Below, one piece after another: positions 47,839 to 56,792 of a stretch of 64,000 nucleotides of DNA (the first letter of the stretch is position 1; every line of letters starts with the position of its first letter). Origin of the DNA: an uncultured Bacteroides sp. Lineage in GTDB: Bacteria > Bacteroidota > Bacteroidia > Bacteroidales > GCA-2748055. The DNA lies in contig CAYWGP010000118.1 of the NCBI GenBank assembly GCA_964458155.1, positions 9,810 through 73,809 on the forward strand, written 5' to 3'. Made by a program: the position numbers and the translations under genes. Below the pieces are notes generated by a model. That model saw nothing but the letters and a program-made list of their open reading frames with translations. It searched no databases and had not been told where the DNA came from.

Positions 47839-47845
47839 TTATTTT

Positions 47846-48223
47846 ATGAACGTTCCCGCAGATCTAAAGTATACCGCCGAGCACGAATGGATTCGTGTGG
47901 AAGGTGACGAAATTGTGATTGGAGTGACCGATTTTGCCCAGGGCGAGCTGGGAGATGTGGTATTTATCGAAATAGAGACCGAGGGTGGGATCCTTTCAAA
48001 GGGAGAGACCTTTGGAACCATTGAAGCGGTGAAGACTGTATCGGATCTCTACATGCCCCTGGACGGTGAGGTGCTTGAAGCAAATCCTGCACTGGAGGAT
48101 GCTCCGGAACTGGTTAATTCTGAGCCTTTTGAAGGAGGATGGATGCTCCGGGTAAAAATGGCAGACCCATCTCAGCTGGACGATTTAATGTCGGCCGATG
48201 AATACGAGGCACTAATCGCTTAG
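47846..48223 (+). CDS. gcvH: glycine cleavage system protein H
   Basis: 'YTAEHEWI', lipoyl-lysine motif 'GTIEAVKTVSDLY', 'EGGWM'. Confidence 0.95.
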   Translation: MNVPADLKYTAEHEWIRVEGDEIVIGVTDFAQGELGDVVFIEIETEGGILSKGETFGTIEAVKTVSDLYMPLDGEVLEANPALEDAPELVNSEPFEGGWMLRVKMADPSQLDDLMSADEYEALIA

Positions 48224-48283
48224 GTTTAAGATCTGATTTTCGGCAGGGTTTTTGCATCTGTTCAGGTATCAGTTTACCTGGAA

Positions 48284-49021
48284 ATGAAAAAGTTTTATTT
48301 TCTGCCGGTACTTCTTTTACTCCTTTGCTCCTGTACAGCGCCCAGCGTTGTGACCAGGATAATCCCGGAAGCTCCCGAAGGTCATTTTGCCATGGGGCGG
48401 GAATACATTTCCCTGGAAAGTGGACCTATTGAAGTAGAACTGGGCTTTGACGGTATTCATGGGGCTAATCTGATCTTCGATTTTGTGGTACACAATTCCG
48501 GTGCCGATAGCCTGTCTGTTCTGCCGGACGATTTCTACTATTTAGTGCTTGATAGTGCCAATGCCGAGGCCGCCCTCTTTTCACCATGGATGGCTGTTCA
48601 TCCGGACACGGTCTTAATGAACTACGATCGCAGCCTGGAAGAAAAGAGAAAAGATAAGGGCATGAATACCTTTCTCGGTATTCTTCAGGCCAGCGTTAAT
48701 ATACTTTACTATGCCTCTGGTTTTACGGCTACTGAGAACCCGGCTTATATTGCCGATGCGGTATTCCAAACCGTGGGCACTGCCGATCAGTATGTAAGCC
48801 AGGATAAGATGATTAAATCAGAAATGGCAATGCTCAGTGAGGAGAAAGAGCTTGTAAAGAAGGAGATTTTCCGAACAAGGAAAGTTCCGCCCGGGGAGAT
48901 TAGCAGTGGCTATGTTTACTTCCCCAAACATGAAAACACAGCCTACTACATGTTCTGTTTTCCCATAGAGAATCAGCTTTTCCAGTTTGTATACAAGCAA
49001 CAAACGGAGCTTGTTTATTAA
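48284..49021 (+). CDS. hypothetical lipoprotein
   Basis: 'LLLLLCSCTAPS' lipobox. No recognised domain. Confidence 0.5.
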   Translation: MKKFYFLPVLLLLLCSCTAPSVVTRIIPEAPEGHFAMGREYISLESGPIEVELGFDGIHGANLIFDFVVHNSGADSLSVLPDDFYYLVLDSANAEAALFSPWMAVHPDTVLMNYDRSLEEKRKDKGMNTFLGILQASVNILYYASGFTATENPAYIADAVFQTVGTADQYVSQDKMIKSEMAMLSEEKELVKKEIFRTRKVPPGEISSGYVYFPKHENTAYYMFCFPIENQLFQFVYKQQTELVY

Positions 49022-50106
49022 TTTGCTGCCTCCAGATCCTCCGGCGATTCATCTTTCCCACCGTTTTTTGCATTTCCCGCAAGAAGTGGGTCAGCCGAAA
49101 TCTCTTTATATAACTGCCTGTTACGTGCCACATCAATAGCCAGGTAGATGGCATTTCTGAATGAAGTGGCAGATGCCATATTTTTGCCAGCCAGTTCATA
49201 GGCTGTTCCATGGGCCGGACTGGTCCGGACCACCGGCAGGCCGGCAGTAAAGTTAACTCCACTATCCATGCAAAGCGACTTAAAAGGGGCAAGTCCCTGA
49301 TCGTGATACATGGCCAGAACCGCATCATAACGGCTGAACTGACCTGCACCGAAAAAGCCATCGGCTGCATAGGGTCCCAAAGCTGAAATTCCCAGATTTT
49401 TTGCCTCCTGGATGGCCGGGCTGATCACTTTCTGCTCTTCGCCACCCAGCAGTCCGTTGTCGCCGGCATGGGGATTGAGTCCCAGGACAGCAATACGGGG
49501 ATTCCTGATCCCAAAGTCCACCAAGAGGGAGTTCGCAAGGATTTTCAGTTTTTCCACGACCAGCTCCCTGCTAATCATTGAGCTTAATTCCGCTATGGGG
49601 ACATGCCCGGCAACCAGTCCCACTTTTAACAGATCACTCACCATTAACATCATCACCTCATTGACCCCGAATCGGTCTTGAAGGTACTCCGTGTGTCCAC
49701 TGTAGTTGAATTCGGAGTGCTGGATATTCTGCTTGTTGACCGGTCCGGTAACCAGGGCATCAATTTTACCTTCCTGCAATGCATCAGTGGCCGCCTTCAG
49801 GGCCTTAAAGGAATCTATTCCTGCACTTTCAGTGGCTCTGCCAAGTTCCACACGGATGTTCTCATCCACACAGTTAATAATATAGCATTTATTTCCCCTG
49901 GCCTCGTTCGGCGAAGAAATCCCCGTGAGAGAGAGGTCCTCTATGCCAAGGGCTTTCCGGTGATAGGCTGCTACTTTGGGTGAACCATAGATAATGGGTG
50001 TGCAGATCTCAGTAATGCGACTGTCCATAAGGGTTTTAATAATCACCTCGTAACTGATACCGTTAATGTCACCGTGGGATATCCCAATTTTGAGTTTTTC
50101 TTTCAT
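49018..50106 (-). CDS. pdxA: 4-hydroxythreonine-4-phosphate dehydrogenase
   Basis: 'GDINGISYEV', 'GHTEYL', 'GLNPHAGDNGLLG', 'VRTSPAHGTA'. Confidence 0.9.
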   Translation of the reverse strand: MKEKLKIGISHGDINGISYEVIIKTLMDSRITEICTPIIYGSPKVAAYHRKALGIEDLSLTGISSPNEARGNKCYIINCVDENIRVELGRATESAGIDSFKALKAATDALQEGKIDALVTGPVNKQNIQHSEFNYSGHTEYLQDRFGVNEVMMLMVSDLLKVGLVAGHVPIAELSSMISRELVVEKLKILANSLLVDFGIRNPRIAVLGLNPHAGDNGLLGGEEQKVISPAIQEAKNLGISALGPYAADGFFGAGQFSRYDAVLAMYHDQGLAPFKSLCMDSGVNFTAGLPVVRTSPAHGTAYELAGKNMASATSFRNAIYLAIDVARNRQLYKEISADPLLAGNAKNGGKDESPEDLEAAN

Positions 50107-50121
50107 AAATTCCGGATCTTA

Positions 50122-51558
50122 TTACATGGAGCGGTCAAGAAAATAGTTGTAGAGGATCCTGACACCGACACCACTGCCCCCTTTTCCCCTGTAATTGAAA
50201 AGGGTCTTATTGAAGGAGGGTCCTGCAATATCCAGGTGTATATATGGATAGTCGGTAAAGTGTTCAAGGAACTTTCCAGCCGTGATTGCACCCCCATACT
50301 TACCCCCAATGTTTTTCAGGTCTGCAATTTCTGACTTCAGTTGTTCCTTATATTCATCCCAGAATGGAAATTCGGCCACCTTCTCTGAAGTATATTCCCC
50401 ACTTGCCTTTAAATTATCCATGACCTCACGGCTGGCATTTCCCATACCCACCATACCATACTTATCAATGGCCATGTGAGCAGAACCGGTCAGGGTAGAA
50501 AGCTCAATAACCAGTTCAGGATCATATTGTTTCGCATAACTGAGGGCATCGGCCAGGATCATGCGGCCTTCGGCATCGGTGTTCAGCACCTCAACCGTAG
50601 TGCCATCATACATGGTGATTACATCTCCAGGGACATAGGCATTACCATCCGGCCTGTTATCTGTTGCGGGAACAAGTCCGACCACCCAAAGTGGGAGTCG
50701 GTTATTTGCAAGGGCATAAAATGCACCCGCCACTGCTGCTGCTCCACCCATATCACATTTCATATAATCCATGGAGTCGTGTGTTGGTTTCAGGCTCAGT
50801 CCCCCGGTGTCGTAAACGACTCCTTTCCCCACCAGCACAATGGGGCGGTCATTCACGGCCTTGTCCGGTTTCCAGGTGAGGATGGAGAAGGTGGGGGGAT
50901 CTATGCTTCCCTTATTTACAGCAAGCAATCCACCCATTTTCAGAGATTCGATCTTCCTTTTATTAAACACCTCCACGGAAAATCCCGATGCTGAACCCAT
51001 AAGCTCAATTTCTGCTGCCAGCTGTCCGGCAGTCAGGAAAGAAAGCGGCTCATTCACCAGATCGCGGGTAAGGTAAACAGCCCGAACCAGATTCTCCAGT
51101 TTCTCCACATGATCTTCAGTGAGCCCTTCATCATGTAGGAGCAATTCAGTCAGGGAGTATGCCCTGACACTATCTTTTGAAAGGTATTTCAGGAATTGGT
51201 AATTGGTCAGGGCAAGGCCTTCAGCAAAGGCTATGCATTCTTCCTGGTCTACTCCTCCATTGATCACGGTGAGCGAACTTACATCATGGTCAACAAGTAA
51301 GCTGTGCAAATCAAAACCCGCTTTTCTGGCTATTTCCAGGCGATTTCCAGGGGATACATCCTCTTTGTCAAGGCTACAGAATATCAGCAGGTGGTCCAGG
51401 CGGTTCAACAGGGCCATATTTTTCTTCCCGGCAAGCCGTTTTCCTATATATTCCTGTTCCTGAGGATCCTGTATATATGCATTCAGTGCCTGACCTTTCC
51501 TGAGCAGCAGAATCCTGCTTCCCTGAATATATTTATCCTTGGATTTCTTAATCTTCAT
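50122..51558 (-). CDS. pepA: leucyl aminopeptidase (M17)
   Basis: 'VGKGVVYDTGGLSLKP', 'MKCDMGGAAAV', 'NTDAEGRMILADAL'. Start chosen at 'MKIKKSK' (51558), overlapping the upstream kinase gene by 11 nt. Confidence 0.9.
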   Translation of the reverse strand: MKIKKSKDKYIQGSRILLLRKGQALNAYIQDPQEQEYIGKRLAGKKNMALLNRLDHLLIFCSLDKEDVSPGNRLEIARKAGFDLHSLLVDHDVSSLTVINGGVDQEECIAFAEGLALTNYQFLKYLSKDSVRAYSLTELLLHDEGLTEDHVEKLENLVRAVYLTRDLVNEPLSFLTAGQLAAEIELMGSASGFSVEVFNKRKIESLKMGGLLAVNKGSIDPPTFSILTWKPDKAVNDRPIVLVGKGVVYDTGGLSLKPTHDSMDYMKCDMGGAAAVAGAFYALANNRLPLWVVGLVPATDNRPDGNAYVPGDVITMYDGTTVEVLNTDAEGRMILADALSYAKQYDPELVIELSTLTGSAHMAIDKYGMVGMGNASREVMDNLKASGEYTSEKVAEFPFWDEYKEQLKSEIADLKNIGGKYGGAITAGKFLEHFTDYPYIHLDIAGPSFNKTLFNYRGKGGSGVGVRILYNYFLDRSM

Positions 51559-53488
51559 CTCTTGCTTGTTTAGCCAATGGCAGAGTAAATGTAAAATTGG
51601 AACCCACATCTATCTCACTCTCAATTTCCAGTGTTCCATTGTTTTTGTCCAGCAGGTCCAGGACCAGCTGCAATCCGAGCCCGGTTCCAATTTCCTGATC
51701 GGTTCCGGCTGAGCTGCTCAGGTAACCATCTCTTCGGAACTGCTCCAGGTATTCAGGCTTCATACCCACGCCTGTATCCTTAACCGAGCAGTAAACTTTA
51801 TCCTTCTCCTTCCAGGCTCTTACATGAACCGATCCGTCTTTACGTGTGAATTTTATGGCATTGGCCACCATGTTTCTCAATACGATATTCACCAGAACAG
51901 GATCGGCATAGGCAGAGATTCCGGGTTCTACTTCGCTGGTAAATGAAAGTTCTTTTTGAGTGGCCATATGTTGAAAAAGGGAGTATACCTCTTTTACCAT
52001 CTCCTCTATCTTTATTGATACGGGAGTGAAGCTCAGGCGTTCTGATTCACTTTTTCCCCAGTAGAGCAGGTTGTCAAGGAGAGTAACAGCCGCCTGGGAA
52101 GATTCGCGAAGGGACTGGGTAACATGCTTCTTGGAAGCAAGTTGTGGTTTGTCAACCAGCAGATCGGAAAACTGAGCCACACTGGAAATAGGATTTTTCA
52201 AATCGTGAGCAATCACTGACAACACCCTGTTTTTAAACCTCAGGGAACTCTCCAGCATAAGCCTTTCTTTATCTTTCTGGACCCATTGCATGATAATCAT
52301 CACGGCCATGGCAAAAATAAAGAGCTGGAAGGAGAGTTGTGTCAGGTAGTTATCTGCAGGTGAGCTGGCAGAATTTGCCAGCATTATGTCATTAATAAGC
52401 GTAAAAATAAAAAACGAAAGCGACGCAAAAAAGATTGCATCAATAAGCCTTCTTTTCAGAGTTCCGAAAAAGCTGATAAGCAGATAGTGGGTCAGGAAGA
52501 GCACCAGGAGCGGTTGAAAAACAAGCATTTCATAGGTAAACAGGTGCACCGGCAGGATAAACAGGGAGACACTGGCCAGTGAAATTAAAATGGTATTTGC
52601 CTGAATGACCGGCTTCATATACTTACGGGGAAAAAGCTTATGGAGAAAGATCATCCCGAACAATTGTGCCAGGAAGGTACCCAGGTATTCCATCCTGATC
52701 TGCCAGGACCAGGGAGCAGCGACAAAAGCATTGGAGAAGTAAAGGCCCGTATTGACCGATCGCATGAGGATGCCCATGGTGGTCAGTGCAAACAACAACA
52801 TCAATATATCCTTCCTGGTAAAGGACCAGAAAATCAGGTAGAAAATCATGAAAAAGAAGAGAACCCCTATGGTGGAGTAATCATACATACGCCTCTGTTC
52901 TTTTCTGCCAAGTACCTTGCTGCTGCCTCCCATAATGAGCGATTGCCAGAATCCACCCCTGCGGTGATGAAAGTTTGAAACCTGGATAAGGATTTGCAGG
53001 GTATCGGTGTCCGGAATATAACAGAAACTGCTTGGCTCATACCATGGCTTTTCTTCTTCAGCAGTGGTTCCCACCTCCCCGTTCTCAGCTACAAGGCGAT
53101 TGTTGAGGTAGAACTTAAAGGCTACATCGAAGACTGGGATATCAAAGCAGATTGCGGAGTTATAATCCTCAGGGATGATGATCTTAAGGCTGTAGGTGCC
53201 ATATCCCCATCCTGGGAGAGACTGGCCATCTATCTTGTAATTCTGCCAGTAAGAAGGCACCGTAACGGGAATCCCCTCTGACCCAAGTTGCTTATAATTC
53301 TCAGGGGTAAGCAGTGTCTCCCAGTGGAAGATCCATTCTCCATCCAGATCGAAGATACTCTGATCGTCCAGTTCACATTCCCCGAGATCAAGAATCCCTT
53401 TTTCCGGCACAGGAATTCCCTGGTGAGCGGAGAGTGTTGTAAATCCGAAAGTTAGAAGCAGAGTCAGTATGAAATGGGTTTTTTTCAT
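51548..53488 (-). CDS. 7TMR-DISM sensor histidine kinase (no receiver domain)
   Basis: Signal peptide, then 7TMR-DISMED2-like 'LDLDGEWIFHWETLLTPE', 7 TM helices, HisKA 'SVIAHDLKNPIS', and HATPase 'DTGVGM', 'GTGLGL'. Confidence 0.85.
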   Translation of the reverse strand: MKKTHFILTLLLTFGFTTLSAHQGIPVPEKGILDLGECELDDQSIFDLDGEWIFHWETLLTPENYKQLGSEGIPVTVPSYWQNYKIDGQSLPGWGYGTYSLKIIIPEDYNSAICFDIPVFDVAFKFYLNNRLVAENGEVGTTAEEEKPWYEPSSFCYIPDTDTLQILIQVSNFHHRRGGFWQSLIMGGSSKVLGRKEQRRMYDYSTIGVLFFFMIFYLIFWSFTRKDILMLLFALTTMGILMRSVNTGLYFSNAFVAAPWSWQIRMEYLGTFLAQLFGMIFLHKLFPRKYMKPVIQANTILISLASVSLFILPVHLFTYEMLVFQPLLVLFLTHYLLISFFGTLKRRLIDAIFFASLSFFIFTLINDIMLANSASSPADNYLTQLSFQLFIFAMAVMIIMQWVQKDKERLMLESSLRFKNRVLSVIAHDLKNPISSVAQFSDLLVDKPQLASKKHVTQSLRESSQAAVTLLDNLLYWGKSESERLSFTPVSIKIEEMVKEVYSLFQHMATQKELSFTSEVEPGISAYADPVLVNIVLRNMVANAIKFTRKDGSVHVRAWKEKDKVYCSVKDTGVGMKPEYLEQFRRDGYLSSSAGTDQEIGTGLGLQLVLDLLDKNNGTLEIESEIDVGSNFTFTLPLAKQARDED

Positions 53489-53553
53489 AGTAAGCAAATG
53501 TAATAATAAATTGACTTTCACAGTGCATTGTTGTATTTTGCATGATGGGGATG

Positions 53554-53576
53554 GCATTCTTAATAGCATTCTTAAT
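53554..53576 (+). repeat. 2 x direct repeat gcattcttaat with 12-nt periodicity, upstream of the 53600 gene
   Basis: gcattcttaat at 53554-53564 and 53566-53576, ending 24 nt before the ATG at 53600. Confidence 0.7.
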
Positions 53577-53599
53577 TCGTTAACCAAACTAATTAAACC

Positions 53600-54118
53600 A
53601 TGAGATACACAATTCTATCTGCTCTCATTATAGCTGCATTCGCAGTTACTGGCTGTGAGAAGGCCATTGATTATGATAAGGAAAAAGCGGCCATTATAGC
53701 GGTCATGGAAGCAGAAACTCAAACTTATATTGACCGGGATTTTGAAGGCATGTATTTAACCCATGTGCAGGATAGCCTGAATATGAGGTTAACTGCGGGC
53801 GCCGACCAATATGTATTCGCGGTAGGTTGGGATGATGTTTCAAGACATATGACCGGAGATGAAACGGAAGACGATCTGGGCCCTGATCTTCACATTACAG
53901 TGGAGAAAAGTAATTACCGGATGAAGATCTACCCCGGCTCTGCCTTTGTGGTGTGCGATCAGAAGTGGATTACCCAGTATGATGAGGATGTGGTGGAGAT
54001 GAACAGTATCCAGGTACGCTTTCTGGAAAAAATCAGTGGAGAATGGAAGATATCCTTCGTATCATTCATCGGAACAGACGGTTACATGGAGTATGAAACC
54101 GAAGAATTGTTCGACTAA
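53600..54118 (+). CDS. lipoprotein with probable NTF2-like (SnoaL/DUF4440-type) fold
   Basis: Lipobox 'AVTGCEK'. 'AAIIAVMEAETQTYIDRDFEGM' and 'GEWKISFVSF' are typical of NTF2-like proteins. Confidence 0.45.
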   Translation: MRYTILSALIIAAFAVTGCEKAIDYDKEKAAIIAVMEAETQTYIDRDFEGMYLTHVQDSLNMRLTAGADQYVFAVGWDDVSRHMTGDETEDDLGPDLHITVEKSNYRMKIYPGSAFVVCDQKWITQYDEDVVEMNSIQVRFLEKISGEWKISFVSFIGTDGYMEYETEELFD

Positions 54119-54138
54119 AGCCAGCTAAACAGCAAGGA

Positions 54139-54528
54139 TTAATTCTTCCTGATGGCCACCTCTCTGGCTTCACTCTGCCACAATCCATGCTTTGTGCAAA
54201 CCGACATGGCCGAAAGGTTCATACTTACTGCTCCTGGCACAATGTAAAAATCTACCTCCACGTGTTCAGGTTTATTGCCGAGGCTTCCCGGGGCAAAATG
54301 GGCTTCGGCAATAAAAGTCTCCCTGTTCCAAAGCTGCACATAGTTTATAAAGTGATCGGGATCGTCGGGATGTGTATATTCGGTCCCCAGGCGGATTTTC
54401 ACCTTGAATTTCTGGCCTGCCGTGGCATAATTGTCACAAATAATCACCGGGGTATGACGATCAAAATAGTCTTTTCGTACCTCTTTTTCCTCCCTGGAAA
54501 TGTCGACCGGATTAAAAATACGGGGCAT
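54139..54528 (-). CDS. superoxide reductase-like (desulfoferrodoxin ferrous-iron-binding domain, neelaredoxin type)
   Basis: 'RHTPVI', 'HPDDPDHFINYVQLW', 'CTKHGLWQS' correspond to the His/Cys iron ligand set of SORs. Confidence 0.75.
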   Translation of the reverse strand: MPRIFNPVDISREEKEVRKDYFDRHTPVIICDNYATAGQKFKVKIRLGTEYTHPDDPDHFINYVQLWNRETFIAEAHFAPGSLGNKPEHVEVDFYIVPGAVSMNLSAMSVCTKHGLWQSEAREVAIRKN

Positions 54529-54632
54529 GTAGTAATAGTTTTTTCTGTTTCTAAGTCAAAGATAACAAAGTATGTAATGATCGGAAGTTTAGATTGACCC
54601 GCAGTGAATATTTTGCGAACTTACCCGTGGAT

Positions 54633-55598
54633 ATGTCTATGGAAGCAAATACAGCGTATTTTGCACTGGAGGTGAAGGACCTGGTACGAAGATACGGGGA
54701 CCTCACTGCAGTGGACCGGCTCTCATTGCAGGTTAAACGGGGAGAGGTGTTTGGACTTCTGGGTCCCAACGGGGCAGGTAAAACCACCTCCATCAGGATG
54801 ATGTGTGGCTTGCTGAAACCTGATTCAGGGGAGGTGTTCATAAAGGGACAAAAGCTAAGTCCGGGCGGCAGTGCCAATGCCAGATCCAAGGTAGGCATCT
54901 GTCCCCAGGAAAATATACTCTGGAATAAGCTCAGCTGTTTTGAGCAGCTGGTGTTCAGTGCCAGGATGTATAATATTCCCCGCAGCATTGCATGCACTCG
55001 TGCCGGCGAACTGTTGGAGAAAATGGGACTGGGCTCAAAGCGGAACAAACTGGCCGGTACACTTTCCGGGGGAATGAAGCGTCGGATGAATGTGATTATG
55101 GCCATAATGCACGACCCCGAAATCATGGTTTTTGATGAGCCTGAAGCTGGACTGGATCCACAGAGCCGGGTACTGGTGAGGGATTTCATCAGGGAGACAG
55201 CCCTTGATAAAACGGTGATCGTGACCACACACAATATGGATGAAGCGGACAGGATTGCTCACCGCGTGGCCATAATTGATTCGGGCAGACTGCTTCAGCT
55301 GGATACTCCTGAAAACCTGAAGAGGTCCGTTGGTAAGGGAGATGTGATGGAGCTGAAACTCACAGGCAGTAATCCTGTCAGTCTGGGCAGGGCAGCACAA
55401 GAGCTGAAGGCATTGGGTTTTACCCTGAGCATGGAGAAAGAGGAACTTGATATCAGGGCCATGCACCTGGTATCGAGGATCCATGAGATATACCAGGTGC
55501 TGGAGAAGGAGAAGATCAGCATCCAGGAAATGAAAGTGCGCGAAAACACCCTGGAAGATGTATTTATACATCTTACCGGCAAAAGCCTGAGAGGATGA
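54633..55598 (+). CDS. ABC transporter ATP-binding protein (ABC-2 type exporter)
   Basis: Walker A 'GPNGAGKTT', signature 'LSGGMKRR', Walker B 'IMVFDEPEAGLD'. First ATG at 54633. Confidence 0.9.
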   Translation: MSMEANTAYFALEVKDLVRRYGDLTAVDRLSLQVKRGEVFGLLGPNGAGKTTSIRMMCGLLKPDSGEVFIKGQKLSPGGSANARSKVGICPQENILWNKLSCFEQLVFSARMYNIPRSIACTRAGELLEKMGLGSKRNKLAGTLSGGMKRRMNVIMAIMHDPEIMVFDEPEAGLDPQSRVLVRDFIRETALDKTVIVTTHNMDEADRIAHRVAIIDSGRLLQLDTPENLKRSVGKGDVMELKLTGSNPVSLGRAAQELKALGFTLSMEKEELDIRAMHLVSRIHEIYQVLEKEKISIQEMKVRENTLEDVFIHLTGKSLRG

Positions 55599-56761
55599 GG
55601 TGGTATGATGTTTTTATCAAGGGAATCAGGGAGCAGGTCCGGGATTACTGGATCCTGATACTGACACTTCTGATGGCTCCTCTGTTTATTGCCATCTACT
55701 TCCTGATGGCAGAAACGGAAGACCCGGTGTACGATGTAATCCTGGTAAACCGGGACAGGGTAAGTGAATACAGGGGAGAGGACTTTAAGCTGGGAGATTC
55801 CATAAGCAACTATGCCAGATTATTATCCCTTGCACCTGGAATGGAGATGTTAAAAATCAACAGTCTTGAAAGCAGGGAAGAAGCTGTTGCCATGTTGCGC
55901 AATAAGAAAGCCGATGTGGTTGTGGTCCTGCCGGATAATCTCTCGGCCTCGATAGCTGCTTATAAGGATTCTCTGGATCTGACTTCACACATCGAACTGA
56001 TTGGAGATATTACTCAGATAGAGTATATCGTTGGGGCTGTATGGGCAGAGGAGCTGATTAACCGTTATATACAAGATTTAGCTGAGATCCGGATGCCGGT
56101 AAGCTGGTACGAAACCACCCTTGGATTCTCCGGGAGGCGCAGTTTCTTTGAATTGTATGTGCCCGGACTGCTCATCCTGTCCATCATTATGATCATTTTC
56201 TCTGCATCGGCGGCCATTGTTCGTGAACCGGAATCACGCACGCTGGAACGACTCAGGGTATCCAGGCTAACGGCCCTGGAGTTTCTTTCAGGAATATCCC
56301 TGGTTCAGATAACTGTGGCAATCCTCTCCCTGCTACTGGCCCTGTTGACTGCCATGGCACTGGGTTACACCCTGATCCCGGGAACATTCTGGTTTCTCCT
56401 GCTGATCTCCGTGCTTACGGCTTTATCCATGATTAGTTTCAGTTTGCTCGTGGCTGCCATGTGCCGTTCTGTGAAAGAGGTGGCCATCATTGGAACCTTC
56501 CCGCTGTTCCTGCTGATGTTCTTTACCGGTGCAGCCTTTCCAGTCAGCGGTGGAAAACTCTTTTCCATTGGCGGATACCAGGTGATGCTGAATGATTTAC
56601 TTTCACCCAAATTTGCCATTGAAGCCCTGAATAAGGTACTTGTCAGGGGACTGGAAGTGAAGGATGCCATTCCCGAAATGATCGCACTGGTGGTACTTAC
56701 CCTGGTATATTTCCTGACGGGAACCTGGGCGTTTAAGCGAAGGCATATGCGGGCACGATGA
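55595..56761 (+). CDS. ABC-2 family transporter permease
   Basis: N-terminal TM, a large loop, and 5 C-terminal TM helices. 4-nt overlap with the ATPase gene. Confidence 0.8.
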   Translation: MRWYDVFIKGIREQVRDYWILILTLLMAPLFIAIYFLMAETEDPVYDVILVNRDRVSEYRGEDFKLGDSISNYARLLSLAPGMEMLKINSLESREEAVAMLRNKKADVVVVLPDNLSASIAAYKDSLDLTSHIELIGDITQIEYIVGAVWAEELINRYIQDLAEIRMPVSWYETTLGFSGRRSFFELYVPGLLILSIIMIIFSASAAIVREPESRTLERLRVSRLTALEFLSGISLVQITVAILSLLLALLTAMALGYTLIPGTFWFLLLISVLTALSMISFSLLVAAMCRSVKEVAIIGTFPLFLLMFFTGAAFPVSGGKLFSIGGYQVMLNDLLSPKFAIEALNKVLVRGLEVKDAIPEMIALVVLTLVYFLTGTWAFKRRHMRAR

Positions 56762-56792
56762 CCATGTATTCTTTTTTTTGTAACTTCTTTCC

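Noticed and set aside
47698-47845. Glycine riboswitch upstream of gcvH
   Set aside because: The leader is short and extremely A/T-rich. It lacks the G/C-rich conserved cores I associate with glycine aptamers (the GGAGAG ... ACCGAAGGGGCAA type).
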